Positions 51,549 through 64,000 of a stretch of DNA of 64,000 nucleotides are shown in pieces. The position numbers and the translations under genes were made by a program. The notes below the pieces were generated by a model. It made no database searches and was not told where the DNA came from. It worked only from the letters and a program-made list of their open reading frames with translations. Every line of letters begins with the position of its first letter. Within the stretch, counting starts at the first letter, position 1. The stretch is from Isurus oxyrinchus (taxonomy: Eukaryota): the NCBI GenBank assembly GCA_026770705.1, contig JANJGN010000042.1, forward strand, positions 1,674,001-1,738,000, in the 5' to 3' direction.

Positions 51549-52789
51549 GACCTAGTGGCCATTGGTAAAACCCCCATCTCTTTCATCATAAACTGCACTG
51601 TCTATAGCGTGATGGAGAATTGAGAGTTTAATTTGAGTCCATTTTGCTTTGGAAATGGGTTCAGACTTCGTGACCTGCTGAGAAACCTATAAGTCCACAC
51701 CTGGGCTGTGTAATTAGCCTGCCATGTGTGCAGGAGAGAATTCACCTACTGTCCAACCTGCTGAGATTCTAGTGGCTCTATGCAGACCAAGCGATGAGGC
51801 TTAATTGCTTAATCACCATTTAGATCCAAGTTCACTCACACGTTCCACCAATGAAGGCATAATTGCATTCAGGTACAGTAAGAGCAAGAACTGCCCCTCC
51901 TCAATACTGTCTCATACATACAACCACACCGGTGAGTAGCTGTTACCCACTCCCAATGACTTCAATCTTCCATTTCACTTGGTGACTCATTGACACAGCG
52001 ATACCAAAGAGTGGACATGCAACAGTCCGGGCTGTGGCCAGGCGTTACTTTCTGCTTATGCACTAGAGTATTCACATTGTTAAGAGGTCAAATATCTGTT
52101 TGGCGTTTCTGTGGGATTTCAACCAGCAAATATCACTGCGAAAGGGATATCATGCACCTGTTCCAGCTCTGAGATGGGCTGTGCATAGTTGCCCTTCACA
52201 ATGAGACACGAACGTCCTTGAGTAATGGGGGGAGAGCACTGGAATATATAGATATATTTTTTCAGAATATCTCTTAGAGAGAAAAAAATGCCTGATCTAT
52301 AATTTACATCATTATATGACTCTAGAAAAAGAGGATATAGAACGTTTTGAAAATTGACTCATGGGAATTTGAAGTCCTTCCTGTGCTGTTAGGTCACTAT
52401 TGTGTCACATAGTTTGAGCTATCGAAGTCTTAGAGCAATTTCGGACCTCAATTGGTTGCTTATCGAAAATATTACAATAGCTTCCAGAAAGAAACAGAAT
52501 TGGCATCGAATTTGCAAACACGAAAATAGTTTCAAGCCCCTGGAAGAGTAACGATTGGTGATTAGAATTAAAATTATTCTAGGATCTATCCAGTTTACTA
52601 TATTTATTTTTGAGTGACATGAGTTGAAAGATGCTGTTCAGAGTCTGGAGATTTGCAAGCATTTTTAAATTATGTAAATTGAGGATTTCCCTCACCATCC
52701 ATTGCTCCTTGTTCATGCCTGTACTGGTATCTTCTATTAAACTAACTTAGCCAGCCGTCACGTGTAGCTAATTGTGGACACAGATGTGA

Positions 52790-53135
52790 CTGGCAACTGA
52801 TCAGTCACTGGACCAAAGAGTAATAGATAGTCGTTGAGCAGGTGACCTTGATATTCATCACCAAGCGGTATATAAAAGATCAACTTAATACTGTTGTGTG
52901 TGCCTTCTGAAATGTTAGGCATAAAAGCCTGTGTTTGGGGATCCTTATGGTCTTGGTAACTGCTTGAATGTAAACGTTTGTTAAGTGAATATGAACCTGA
53001 ACTGTTTGAGGGAACAACTGCAGCGCCACCACTAGCGATACATGGTGGTGGTGGTATCACGGGTGTATGAGCAATGTTTACTCCCCTCCTCCTTGCACCC
53101 TGACAGTGTTGTTGGGTTCTCCATTTTGATAGACT
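52790..53135 (-). pseudogene. Possible inverted, decayed antigen-receptor V relic
   Basis: After ttattaatgcacag: ENPTTLS...HCSYTRDTTTTMYR*WWR...KQFRFIF, and in another frame MNIKVTCSTTIYYSLV (YYC-like). No properly spaced RSS. Confidence 0.35.
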
Positions 53136-53254
53136 GTGCATTAATAAAATAAGTCAAAATAGCAGCCAATGTTCTTGCAGTTTGTCCACCTCTATTTCCA
53201 TTTAAAACGACATAAAATATATACAGATACATACGTGTTGATGTCGAAATGCAT

Positions 53255-53370
53255 GTGGTTGTGTGGGTACGTGCGTGTTTGCGTGTGTGCAAGCGCGCCT
53301 ATGTGTGTACGTGTGTGTGTTTGTTTGTGTAGCCTCTTTGACAAGTGCCTGTGCGCATGCCTGCCTGTGT
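53255..53370. repeat. Degenerate (GT/GC)n microsatellite
   Basis: Alternating purine-pyrimidine tract, e.g. GTGCGTGTTTGCGTGTGTGC and GTGTGTGTTTG. Confidence 0.75.
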
Positions 53371-56257
53371 TATTATAGTTCAGATCTTCAACATTTTTTT
53401 TTGACCAAGAGTCTGTTTATCTCCGCCTTGATGCCAGGTTATTTTAATCTGGCTCTTCCTATGCAAGGAGGTGGGAATGTGACACATAAGTTTTCGTTTA
53501 ACGTTTTGCGGTGTACGGTTAAACTATGTCATCAAGTAGCAGATGACAAGATTCACTGGAGCAGGAAGCATGATTTATGCTGCCTGAGAGTAACTGAGAG
53601 CTGTTAATTACCTTTGATCATAGATCCGTTGGTTTCTCTGACAATAAACTAAGAATCCAACGACCCCTCCAGCTTGCAGCAGTTATAATCATTCAAAGGA
53701 TTTCATTATAATTGTTTAACTTCCTTAACTTCTCCTTGCGCTTTTAGAACATAAAAAATTAAACATCTTATTGATTGGAGAATGCTTAGAGGCCTGATTC
53801 TTTGTTCCAAATTTCTGTGAATTTCATGCTGTACGAGTGAAATGTTAACAGAGCAGAAGTTGAAAATTCAAAAGACCTTTACATCTCCTGGATCTTCATC
53901 AAGCATCGTAAATACATGGAAAGAAAAAAATCACGTTTATATCTCTTTCTTAAGATGTTATTTAAACAGATTCTGTATTTTCCTCTAACTCTATCACTAG
54001 ATTAAAGGAGTGACTATACTTCACTAGATACGCCCTTGTCGTTAAGCAACCTGAGACACTCTGAACTATTGAAGGACTTTATATAATTTCAGAAGGTGCT
54101 GTCTCCCAGTAACTATGAATGAATAATGAGATGGAATTGTGAAATGAATGTACAGCTTCTTTCCACTAATTGTCAGTTTCTATGCCTGTTTCCCTTTCCT
54201 TTGTCTAGGACTCTCCTTCAATTTATCTCTGTCTATTTGACTCTGTCTCTATCCTTAGCTTTTTTTTTTCTCATTTGCTCGCCTTGATCTCTCTGTGTGA
54301 TGAATATTCTCGCTCTTGCTCTGCTTAATTAGGCCAGGGTTGTTTCTTGATCGATTATTGCTCTGACATGGAATTCATAGCTGTGCAATGGATTAGCTCC
54401 GATTCAATACAATGAAGACTAAATCCATCCCTCACTTTTAATTCAGTACTCGGAGGAACATAGTGTTTTTTTTCAGTTGCCATTTTGTATCTGTAGCTCT
54501 CTGTCAGTCTTCGAATTAAATACGTACAGAGAGAAAGGGAAAAGCCAAAAATATGCAGGAGAACAACATCTTTATGTTTTTTTTTCTCAGTTCAAACTGG
54601 TTAATAACAAAGACTAATCAACAGTGTTTGTGAAGCCGTCGCAAGAGGTTTGGATAAGGAGTGTAACGAAGCTTTGCTGCAAATATATAAGATTTTGCTA
54701 ACAACACATTTGGAGAACTGTGCTCAGTTTTGGTCCACCTAACTGGGGCTGGGTAGCTCTGCCATAGATTGGTGCAACCAGATTCACCAGTCTCATTACA
54801 GCACGGAGCCGGAAAGGAGGGGAGGGGGGCGCTGTGGTGGCGGGGTTGGGTGGGGGGGCGGAATGGTGGGGGCGGGGAGGGAGGCATTCGACATACACAG
54901 TCTTTGCCGGACCTCCGGAGAGCAAACCAGTTAGATCAGCAATATCATCTTCATCTTCTTCTTCATCATCATGAGAAACGAGTCAGCCTGAACCTATCAG
55001 GGTCAAGCTGTCTGGCTTAAATTTCAAACAATTCTTGGCAGTTAACTGTCCTTCGCCATAGGTGGTGCATTATTCAGGGAAATGCCACTTGCCAACCAAT
55101 CATCATTCTCCTCACATACAGTATAAATTGTGCTCCCCCCTCCCATGTATTTTTATTCTTGCAAGTTTCCTGATGAGTGCAGGGTGATAAGCTGAGACCT
55201 GTCTCTTTTTCAGAAATACTGAAGTGCTGTCCGAACAAAAACCAAAGTGTATTCTTTCTGCATTGAATAACAATGCGCAGTGTTGATTGTTGTATGTGTG
55301 TCCATGACACCAATGTTAGATTGGTGTCCATCACACAACTTGCATCTGGTAAGGAACAGCATTTATTGGAGTCAATGAAATATTAAAGATCAATTGTGTC
55401 TATTAACTAACAAATGCCATTGATGTACCTCGATATTGAGGCCGGGCTATAGATATGAATTTGGATTTTTTAAATTTTGATTCGTTGCCTTTGTTTGTCT
55501 GCCCCACCCCTGCCAGCATCGCACCTATCGGCTGCTGGAAGACATCAAACTCAGGAAACTTCCATTTGCAATTTTTGTGTTGTTTATAAATCTCGGAGTC
55601 ATACTCATGTGCAGCTAAACGTGGTGGTAGGATGTAACAAATGTCTTGAATATACATCACATACTTCCGTACAGCATGGAATTCTGACACAGGATACAAC
55701 TTCAACATGTCTTCTGATCGCCAGTGTGTCTCCTGGACAAGAATAATATTCGTCAAAGTGTTCCTTTTCCTGATAAATGTTCAACCAAGTAAGTATTTCA
55801 TGCGATTGTAACGCTTTTATTTTGTTAACTGTATTGTTATTTTTCCTCCAATTTTTCTTCACTCCATTGATGAGGTCAGCTTCCTCGACTTCGCTCACTG
55901 GTCAGTGAGTGTTCGTACATTATCTAAATTAGTCACAAGCTGACCTGTCATTGTCTCAGCGGGCCGGAGAAGGGCTTCTCTATTTCCTGCAGAAACGGTA
56001 GCCTTGGCTGAACACTGCCAGAAGGAAATTACACCGATGATGGCCTGGGATCAGTTAACTGAGGGGTGAAATCGCTGAAGCTCCCTGTTTTTGTTGTTGT
56101 CGTTCACACTCGAAATGCAGTCAACCGTTGTATTGAAGGGAATGATTTAACCTGAGCCCGTGTGTGCGCGCGTGTGCGTGTGCATTGGAAAGATTATTTT
56201 GTCCGAATGAAAAAAATCTAAAAGTTGCATTGATAACATTCTGTTATTGTTTTCCAG

Positions 56258-56565
56258 AATACGGCCAACAGGAGAGACTTTCCCAAACACCCTCAATTGT
56301 AGCAGTGAGTGAAGGAGATACTGCGGTGTTGTCATGTATCTACCCAGCGACATACACAACTGCTTACCTATTCTGGTATGTACAGTACTCGGGAAAAGGC
56401 CTTCAGTATGTGCTGCTCAGACACACGGCTGGGAATGAAGAGAATGCACCAGCTTTTGCAAAGCGCTTTTCAGCCGTACAGGATAGGAGCAACACAAACA
56501 TCCCTTTGAACATCACAGACACCCAGCTCTCTGACTCAGCCGTGTATTACTGCCCGGCTATGAAG
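56258..56565 (+). CDS. T-cell receptor alpha/delta-type V gene segment, V exon (open frame; leader not found)
   Basis: Acceptor ttttccag|AA. LSQTP..V.VSEGDTAVLSC, LFWYVQYSGKGLQYVL, RFSA and LNITDTQLSDSAVYYC motifs, followed by an RSS. Confidence 0.88.
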
Positions 56566-56604
56566 CACCACGTTACATAAATCCTTACCACTGGTACAAA
56601 AACT
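56566..56604 (+). other. 23-bp-spacer recombination signal sequence (atypical heptamer)
   Basis: CACCACG (56566-56572) + 23 nt + ACAAAAACT (56596-56604). Confidence 0.7.
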
Positions 56605-57634
56605 ATCAGCTCCAGTTGTTGTGAATTCTCTGAATTCCCTGCTTCAATCAGCCGTCGCACTGCTGTTATTCCTTTACAGATTTGTGGATCAGTGGTGGCA
56701 CTCTGGCCTCAGAATCAGAAAATGTTATTTTAAGTCCCAGTCTGGAGATTGCGTTTTTAATGTAGACTGGCATTTCGGTGTAGAACTGTGGGAGCTTTCG
56801 AATGTATTGTACTGTAGCCCCGTTTGCTTCCTCCTTTACACATAAATGATTCATTGGCATATTTCAAGAAGGGCATTGCAGCTCTCCCAGTGCCCTGAAT
56901 TAATACTTCATGCTGGCAGAGCGGCAGACTCCGTCTGAACATGACTTTAATGGTGGAATGTGTTCTCAACATTGGGAAGGGGCAAAGATGAAGAAACTAC
57001 AACCATTTGCATACGCTTATTCGGACAGCAGGCACGTTCTGTTGAAGAGTTATGCGGACTCCAAACGATAACTGTGTTGCTCCCCGCTGTTGCTGTCAGA
57101 AATGCTGAGGTTTTTAGATGTACTTTTATTTTTGATTTTGTTTATTGCAAATGTGGCTCATCCCACCTTTTGACACCGAATACACGGTCTACAGATTCAA
57201 CATCAATATCTATTGTATAAAATGGCAAATTGCATTTGATATTCACAAGTCTATAACTTGGTACTCCGCGGTATACCTGCGTGTGCAGGAATAGACAGTG
57301 TTAAAGTCACACAGAATCTGCTCAATAACAGAACAGTTGTGGTGTATCAGTTGTGGGCTACAACATTCAGTTGTGACAGTGAAAACTTCACATTACATAT
57401 TGAAGAATTTCGATGGGAGGAATGGATGAACGAAATCAGGAAGGGCCGAGGAAGGGTGAAGTTAGGAAGGTGAGTAGGATGGAAGGGAGGAAACTAAAGA
57501 TCTGCCTGATCTGTTGGTGAACATCTATCCTCAATCAATATAATAAAAAGGGGTGACATCTTCAGGATCACATTGCTGCTTTTTGGGGGTTTGCTGCGCT
57601 AAAGTTTCCTGACGTGCTTCCTAAATCTCTTATA

Positions 57635-57995
57635 GTTCTTTCATAGGATGTTGGCGTCGCTGACAAGACCTGCATAAACTGTCCATCCCTAAATGTCACT
57701 GAGCTGAATGGCTTGTTAGGGTGTTTCATCAAAGGGCAGTTAACAATCAATCTGTAGTCACATAGAGGCCAGACCAGGTAAGGGCGACAGATTTCCTTCC
57801 CTGAAGGATATCAGTGAACCACATGGGTTTTGTGACAATCACTGATAATTCACAGACAGGATCATTGAAATGAATTATAAATTCAGATTTTAAGTTAATT
57901 TTACCAGCTTTCTGTGGTGGGATTTGAATAGGCATCCTCCAAAGATGAGCCTGAGTGTCTGAATAATTACTCTAGTGACATTGCTACTAAGCCAT
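57635..57995 (-). mobile_element. SINE (same family as 30050-30405)
   Basis: GGATGTTGGCGTCGCTGACAAGACCTGCAT...AGGGCAGTTAA...CCAGACCAGGTAAGGGCGACAGATTTCCTTCCCTGAAGGA. Confidence 0.8.
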
Positions 57996-59144
57996 TGTCT
58001 GCTCTTAAGAGGTGATGTTGCATGGCGTAAATTTACACGTAAAGTATGTAAAGAGCAGCCTTAGTTTCATGTTTTCCATGAAAACATTCCCCACCCCCTT
58101 GTCTGTTCCGATCCTAATTCATGTCCTTTATTTAAAAAAATAAATAAATTCTATAATCAGTTCCCCAGAAATGCACTTGGAGAGTGAACATGTAGTGTCA
58201 CCAGCGTTTTCAAATGTTTAATCATTTTCTTTGAATATTTTGTCTCATAGAATTGCCCTACTTTCCATTCAGCCTTTTTCTTCTGTCACCACTCAGTTGG
58301 AGATAAGGAGCCGCCATTAGAGCCGGAAGTGCACCTGTCTCGTTCTGTCCCACCTTGTACCGCAACTGTCGCTCCCAGCTTACAGCAGTGGCGAGAAGCG
58401 TCACCTCACGAGGTGGTTTTAACATAACCTCAACGGCTAAAAATGCCCACGTGTGTTTCAGGTCTCATGGAAGCTTTGCTATGGCAAAAGCGATATAGTT
58501 AGTATTTCATTCACTATGCAAATTATTGCACTTGTTAATGTCACCGAAGGAAGTAAAATACAAAGTACCGTTTAGATGAGCAGTTGGTAACTAATAATGT
58601 AACAAAATTGTCCACAGGGGAAACCTTTTATTTATACGTCCCTTGTTTATTTTTTGTGAACTTCGTGCAGGACTCTAATATTCTAGTGCCTTTACTGGAA
58701 CTCAAACAAAAAAAAAAGGTTCAATATTTACAAAATATCCCGTGCAAGTTACTGACTTATGCCACGTTCTGTGACACGCTACATTATATACAAGACGTTG
58801 GTGAACTTCAATGCATTTGGTGAAATTCAATCGTAATGTCCAGCTGTTAGTGATTGCAACAAGTTCACAAATACGTCGAGAGCGAATAACCTAAATTAGA
58901 TACTATAAAAATATATTGCTTCCTTCCCTCTGAATAAAATCGTTATCCTGTTTGGATTTTTGATGCTTGCAGCTTGTGCGATTGTAACATTTCCTTTCTC
59001 ATTGCCTGGAGACTCGTAGCCGTGTTTTACCCGAAAGATTGAACATTACAACATATCACTGGGGACACAAGAAGGGAACATCGACCCTCAATGCGGCTAC
59101 TTTCAGAGGTCAATTTGTGCCAGTTTCTATAGGTTACTGTGTTA

Positions 59145-59594
59145 ATGAAAGCGGCAGTGCGCTTACTCTTTTTCGGTGCCGTATTTGGAGCACTTATCAC
59201 GGATAAGTATTCTTGGTAGTAATTTTGAACCAAACGTAACAGCACTTTATAAATGGGATAGCTTTTGCATTTTCCATTTAAAGCTGGCCTGACTCAGGAA
59301 ATCTCTGTGACACAACGCCTCCTGACAGTGGTTTGGACAAAAGGAGGCATTACAATTTCAGACTGCATCTATTTCAGTACCAAAGGTTCCTTCAGCTTAT
59401 TCTGGGTCCTGCAATACCCGGGCAAAGAATCACAAATTCTACTTCGCAGGGTTTCGGCTGGTTGCCAAATGAGAGCACATTCTGCTCGAAGTCTTTTCTC
59501 GTCTGTACTGGTCACTACGAATACCATCATTACCTTAAAATTCTCCAAACTGCAGCTCTCTGACGCAGCCTATGTATTACTGCGTCTTGACGCT
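59145..59594 (+). pseudogene. T-cell receptor alpha/delta-type V pseudogene (leader 59145-59202, V exon 59284-59594)
   Basis: Leader MKAAVRLLFFGAVFGALIT with a mutated donor G|ataagt and an 81-nt intron. V exon SVTQ...DCIY...LFWVLQYPGK...LQLSDAA, then a +1 frameshift that puts ATG TAT TAC TGC GTC TTG (MYYCVL) out of frame. Confidence 0.9.
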
Positions 59595-59633
59595 CACAGC
59601 AATTAGAACCAGCCCGACACTTGTACAATAACT
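59595..59633 (+). other. 23-bp-spacer recombination signal sequence
   Basis: CACAGCA (59595-59601) + 23 nt + ACAATAACT (59625-59633). Confidence 0.88.
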
Positions 59634-62600
59634 TGATGGGCCCTTGTGACTTGGAGGTAAGCTCTCGTTGCGACTGTGGAGCCTGGTAGTGAGAAGAACA
59701 ACACTACGGTGTGCTGTCAGAGTCACAGGACAAATATAATGTAGCGGTTCAGATAAATATTTGCAAACTGTACCAAAGCCCCAAATGTATCAACACGGCC
59801 TATAGAGTGGATTGAGTTCGATTTAGTTTCCAAGTTATCGACCCAAACATGAAAGTCATATTTCTATGGTGCATCTCTAGTGAAATAGGAAAGAAAGACT
59901 TCAGCAAGGACTGGGTTTACATTATAGTGATTTTTAAAAAAAACTTTGTTGATGACGTGAGTTGCAGTGAGTAACGCATAGTTTAACTGAAAGCATTTCC
60001 AAGCGGTGAAGGGAGATCAGTTCAATCAAGGTCAGATTTATTTGCTTGGGAGGTCACTTTGCTTACTGTAGATAGGTCAGGAATGAGCTTGTCTTCATCT
60101 CTCTTGGGTATGTGGTAACCTTCAGGTCCATACGGTATAACTTCAGAAAATGCCTCCATCGAGGCAGGTGACATAAGAAATGCAGGGAGTCCCTGTTTGA
60201 CGCTGTAATTGTCGTCCATTGAATGATTAGTTTGGCAGTTCAGCCAAGAGCAAAGTTTTTCGAGTGATCCTTGCTAAAACTGATTTTTTTCGCAGCTAAA
60301 CCTGGTGAAGTAATGTCTGGAACACGTAACATGTAATAAGAGAGAAAGTAATGGTCAAAGGGTTGATGTTAGGGCAGGTACGCATCAGCCGGTCCTCTTC
60401 AACCAGGGAGCTTAAATAGGAATTCCCCAGAAACTTGTGTTGCCCGAAACACTCTATTAAATGCAAATGATGAATAAAATCCTTCTGCAACTTCAAACTG
60501 TCAAAGCGTAGAAACTACACCTGAACTCAGAAAAAAAAAATCAGTGCCAAACCGATGACTAATTTCAGTGCTGTTCTAAAATTCATACCGTTAACATTGT
60601 TAATGATGCGCTTCTGTTCATTAAAACACTCAGAAACAAGTGGAGACGGATTTCAGCCAGGTGGAAAATCGAATTTAATGATGCATCACAAACAATGGCA
60701 ATAATGTTGAAACCCATAAATTTAAATTGCATTATGCTAAAACATCATGAAATATGTTTTCATACGTAGTTTGTTTATCCTATATCTGCCTTCATAGGTA
60801 TTACATTTTATAGGTATTACATTTTAAACCTGCAGAAAGTCCTTTGAAAATCTATATGAGAAATTGTTATCAATATTATTTTTCTATGTATGGGTGATGA
60901 CTATGAATGCAAACATATGGCCTTGAACTTATTAAATTGTCAGATAACATAAATTTAACATAAAGGGAGACCATTCACTAAAATTACAACACATCGATAA
61001 AAGGAAATGTCTGCCATATTTGTCACATGTCTTACAAAGGCATCAGGACGAAACAGATCCCACACATTACCATCTCTGTTCTATTCTAGATGACGAAAAC
61101 AGGCAGAGAATGTTAGAATTAATATTTTTTCTATCCTATTCATATGGATAAAATAGATAAGATACAGAAGCAAGATTAGGTTATTCTGACACTCCAGGCT
61201 CCTTTGTCACTCGCTAGAATCCAGACTAAAATTATTGACTGAAATTCCTTGCAACATTTATTTGATTGTCTGATTTCTCGATATCTGTCTTGAATAAACA
61301 TACAGTCCATTTGCGGTCGAGATTTCCAATGATTCACAATATCTGAGTGTGAACATTTATTGCGACCTCAGTTCTAAGTGGCCGATCTCTTAGTTAGCAC
61401 GTAACATATTAATTACACCAAAAACCCTAAGTCTGGACTAGCACCCAGTATTTGACAAAGGCTTAGAGGAAAATCATTCCTCTATTAGGAAATCTATGAT
61501 CCTGAGCAGCCATCTCTGTTCGTCCTGTGACCTACAAATTTTGGTTTCATATAACTCCAGGAGCTCTTGCCCCCTGATAAAATCGCGTATTTAATCCATA
61601 TTACCTTTCATCACTATACCTACCAAAATAGAGAATTTAATACTTCTCCGAGATAAGTGTTACCTGTTATGTGAGTGTCTGTATCACCAGAATGCGTCAA
61701 TTATTTCCCACGTCACTTGTGGATTGCATAACTTCCAATAATCTGCAAAGCTAGATATTATGGCCCGAAAACCAATTGAAATTATCCTAATATGCGGTCT
61801 CGATGATTCTCAGCCTTCCATGTGGCCTGAGCGTTTCTTCACGCTCAAAGAGCCTGAGCTGGACAACGAGCAACTGGAGGTACACCTGCTTGTGTTGAGA
61901 AAGAGGACAAACAAATCGTCCTGGGCTTCCCAAATGGCACATAAATTACATGCAACAAGACTCCGTCTCCATGCTCAGTGCCGAAGGCGAGCTAATTTAA
62001 TGTTAAATATGAGACATTTTTCTGTCATTAATGCGTGAACATTTCTATGACTTATTCACGTAATTAAAATATAAAACTATGTAAATACACCTCCGGACCA
62101 TGATTGTCCGTGTAGCTCTTTGGATTTGTGCTTGCGAACACTCATCACTGCAGAGATATGGCCCGGTTGAAAAGCTAAACCAAAAAAAGTTGCTTTAAAA
62201 GTCCTAACTGGTTTGCATTCTAACCAATAATAATAACAAGCAAAATGTAAGTGTTTGCAGTTTTAAAAATGGAAGCAGATAATAGTTGACTTTAAATGGG
62301 GCCCGATGTCTGCTTTGTTCCCCGGACCAACAATTCACTGCCTGTTAATCAGCGTTAGGAAGAATGTGCTAATGTTGACTCATCTGTGGATCGTCACTCG
62401 TAATAGCTTAAGCATGGCAGGCACTTCTTGCTATTGTCACACTGAGTGCTGTAAAAAGTGTCTCAAACACAATTTGTTTTTAATACCCCAGAGATGGTGA
62501 ACAATACTATAAGATATCTTCTGGAAACTTCATTTAATATAAAGCAGATCAATATTCAAAATTTCACGCGCGTTTTCCAAAATGTACGAAAATATCCTAT

Positions 62601-63199
62601 ATCCACTCGGTGATATTTCAAATAAAGACATTCTTTTTTAAAAGCCGAACGCTTAGAAATCAAACAGTCCTGATCAATTGTTCCTGCAGTGTGAGCAGAT
62701 CAATGAGGAAATTATCATTGAAATAATATATATTATTGATTTTAAGGGAAACACGAGTCTCTTATTGTGATGCGGGTCGAATTTCTGTCACGCTAATGTA
62801 TAAAACCTCGGCTGCTGAACCCGCCAGCAATAACCTCGGGGGGCTGTATTTGAGGGCGGCGCTGCACTGAGTATTACTTCCTTTCCTAAATGATGGAACT
62901 TACCCTCGTGACCAGCAATGGCGAAGTAACATGCGGGAGAAGCTGTCGGTGCGTTTGATTTTCGGATGTATGAATCAATGAAGCAGGTCCAGCCTATCCT
63001 TTAGTCCCTCTTACATTTCTCTAATTCTGCAACAATACTTTGAGCAGAATCTAGGCCCTTTCAATGCACATGATGCAAGAACATTTCAGATTGATATTAG
63101 TGTCCATTCCAGTCAGTTTTATAACATGTGAGTATTTAAATGTGTAAAACAATACTGACAGAATGTGCAAGATTTTATTACATTTTGTCCCTCCAAATA

Positions 63200-63950
63200 T
63201 GTAAGCGTAGTTATTACGAACATTATTAATGACCTGGAGTAAATGAAAGTAAATTATACACCCAAGATTGCATATTTAATTAAATTATGTATGTGGCTGT
63301 ATGAGGAAGTTGACGGAATAAATGAATGGATACAATGTGGCAGATTGAGTTTACTGTGTGCAGGTGTGAGGGCTTTCACCCTGAACCTCCAAAACCTAAA
63401 CGTGGAGAAAGGAAGGAATTTAAAGAGACTTAAGTGTCCACTTTTACAATCATTGAAAGCGAGTAGAGGGACAGAAAATACCATCAGAATGGCGAAAACA
63501 AAGTGAGTCCTTATAGAAGGTAACTGGGACATGGAGCAGCAAAAGTTAGACTTCAGTTGTCTGGTCAGACGGTATTTGCATGAATGCATTCAGCTCTCTG
63601 CGCCTCACCAAAGGCAACATTAATTTGCTTCCTAGTTAATACAGCACAGATTCACCAGCAGGATGCAGGAGATATGATATGCAATTATGGGGAAGGGTTG
63701 CAGAATTGTCCGTTGTATTCCATTGACCATCGAGTCTTGAAAGGAGACCTGTTAGAGGTGGTTTACTGTTTAACTGTTTGACAGGGTAGATACAGAAAAA
63801 AAATCTTCTTATAGGAGAATAAAGGACGAGCGTATATAATCTTAAAATTAGAGGTAGGCTATTTTTGAGGGAAAACTGAATTTCTTCCATGGAGAAGGTT
63901 GTGAATCCGAAGCTCTTGACTCCATTCGAAGCGTTAAGTAGTTAGACAGG
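63200..63950 (+). mobile_element. Old CR1 LINE remnant
   Basis: Degenerate GAATGGATACAATGTGGCAGATTGAGTTTA, GAAAGGAGACCTGTTAGAGGTG and GAAGGTTGTGAATC, comparable with 27080-27710. Confidence 0.6.
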
Positions 63951-64000
63951 ATATGCAGCGCAGAAACAGGGTGCTCAGCCCAACAAGTCTGTGCATCTGA

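Noticed and set aside
55235-55243. Perfect RSS nonamer ACAAAAACC
   Set aside because: No CAC heptamer at 12 or 23 nt spacing and no adjacent V, D or J coding sequence.
60020-60280. Minus-strand SVKQG-containing ORF, possible RTE-type RT relic or further V
   Set aside because: No V framework motifs, and the RT similarity is limited to a few residues.
60796-60826. Short direct duplication ATAGGTATTACATTTT (and a similar 16-bp duplication at ~45376-45407)
   Set aside because: Ordinary local slippage duplications with nothing inserted between the copies.

Overview
This is eukaryotic, AT-rich, repeat-dense DNA that is almost certainly from a cartilaginous fish (shark-type GPCR family, LINE/SINE/Penelope landscape, TCR-type V segments). 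This assignment is inferred from sequence character, not from a database search. Positions ~3.9-49 kb hold a cluster of two-exon GPR139-like class A GPCR genes. One is intact (326 aa, minus, 3893-6133). One has two nonsense codons (plus, 22816-25175), one has two frameshifts (minus, 42589-48867), and one is heavily decayed, with a tandemly duplicated fragment (9.4-13.9 kb). The intact copy and the nonsense copy lie in an old inverted segmental duplication. From ~52.8 kb the window enters what looks like the edge of a T-cell receptor alpha/delta V array: two V exons with 23-bp-spacer RSS (one open but atypical, one pseudogene) and a possible inverted V relic. A very decayed multi-Ig-domain relic may lie at 36.5-37.6 kb. 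The rest is CR1/L2-type LINE fragments, SINEs, Penelope-like remnants (some with hammerhead-ribozyme-like motifs and inverted ends), a Harbinger Myb/SANT remnant and several cryptic minisatellites. Most short ORFs in the supplied track are spurious. No prokaryotic features, rRNA, bona fide tRNA or CRISPR were seen. All alignments were done by eye, so repeat boundaries are approximate.
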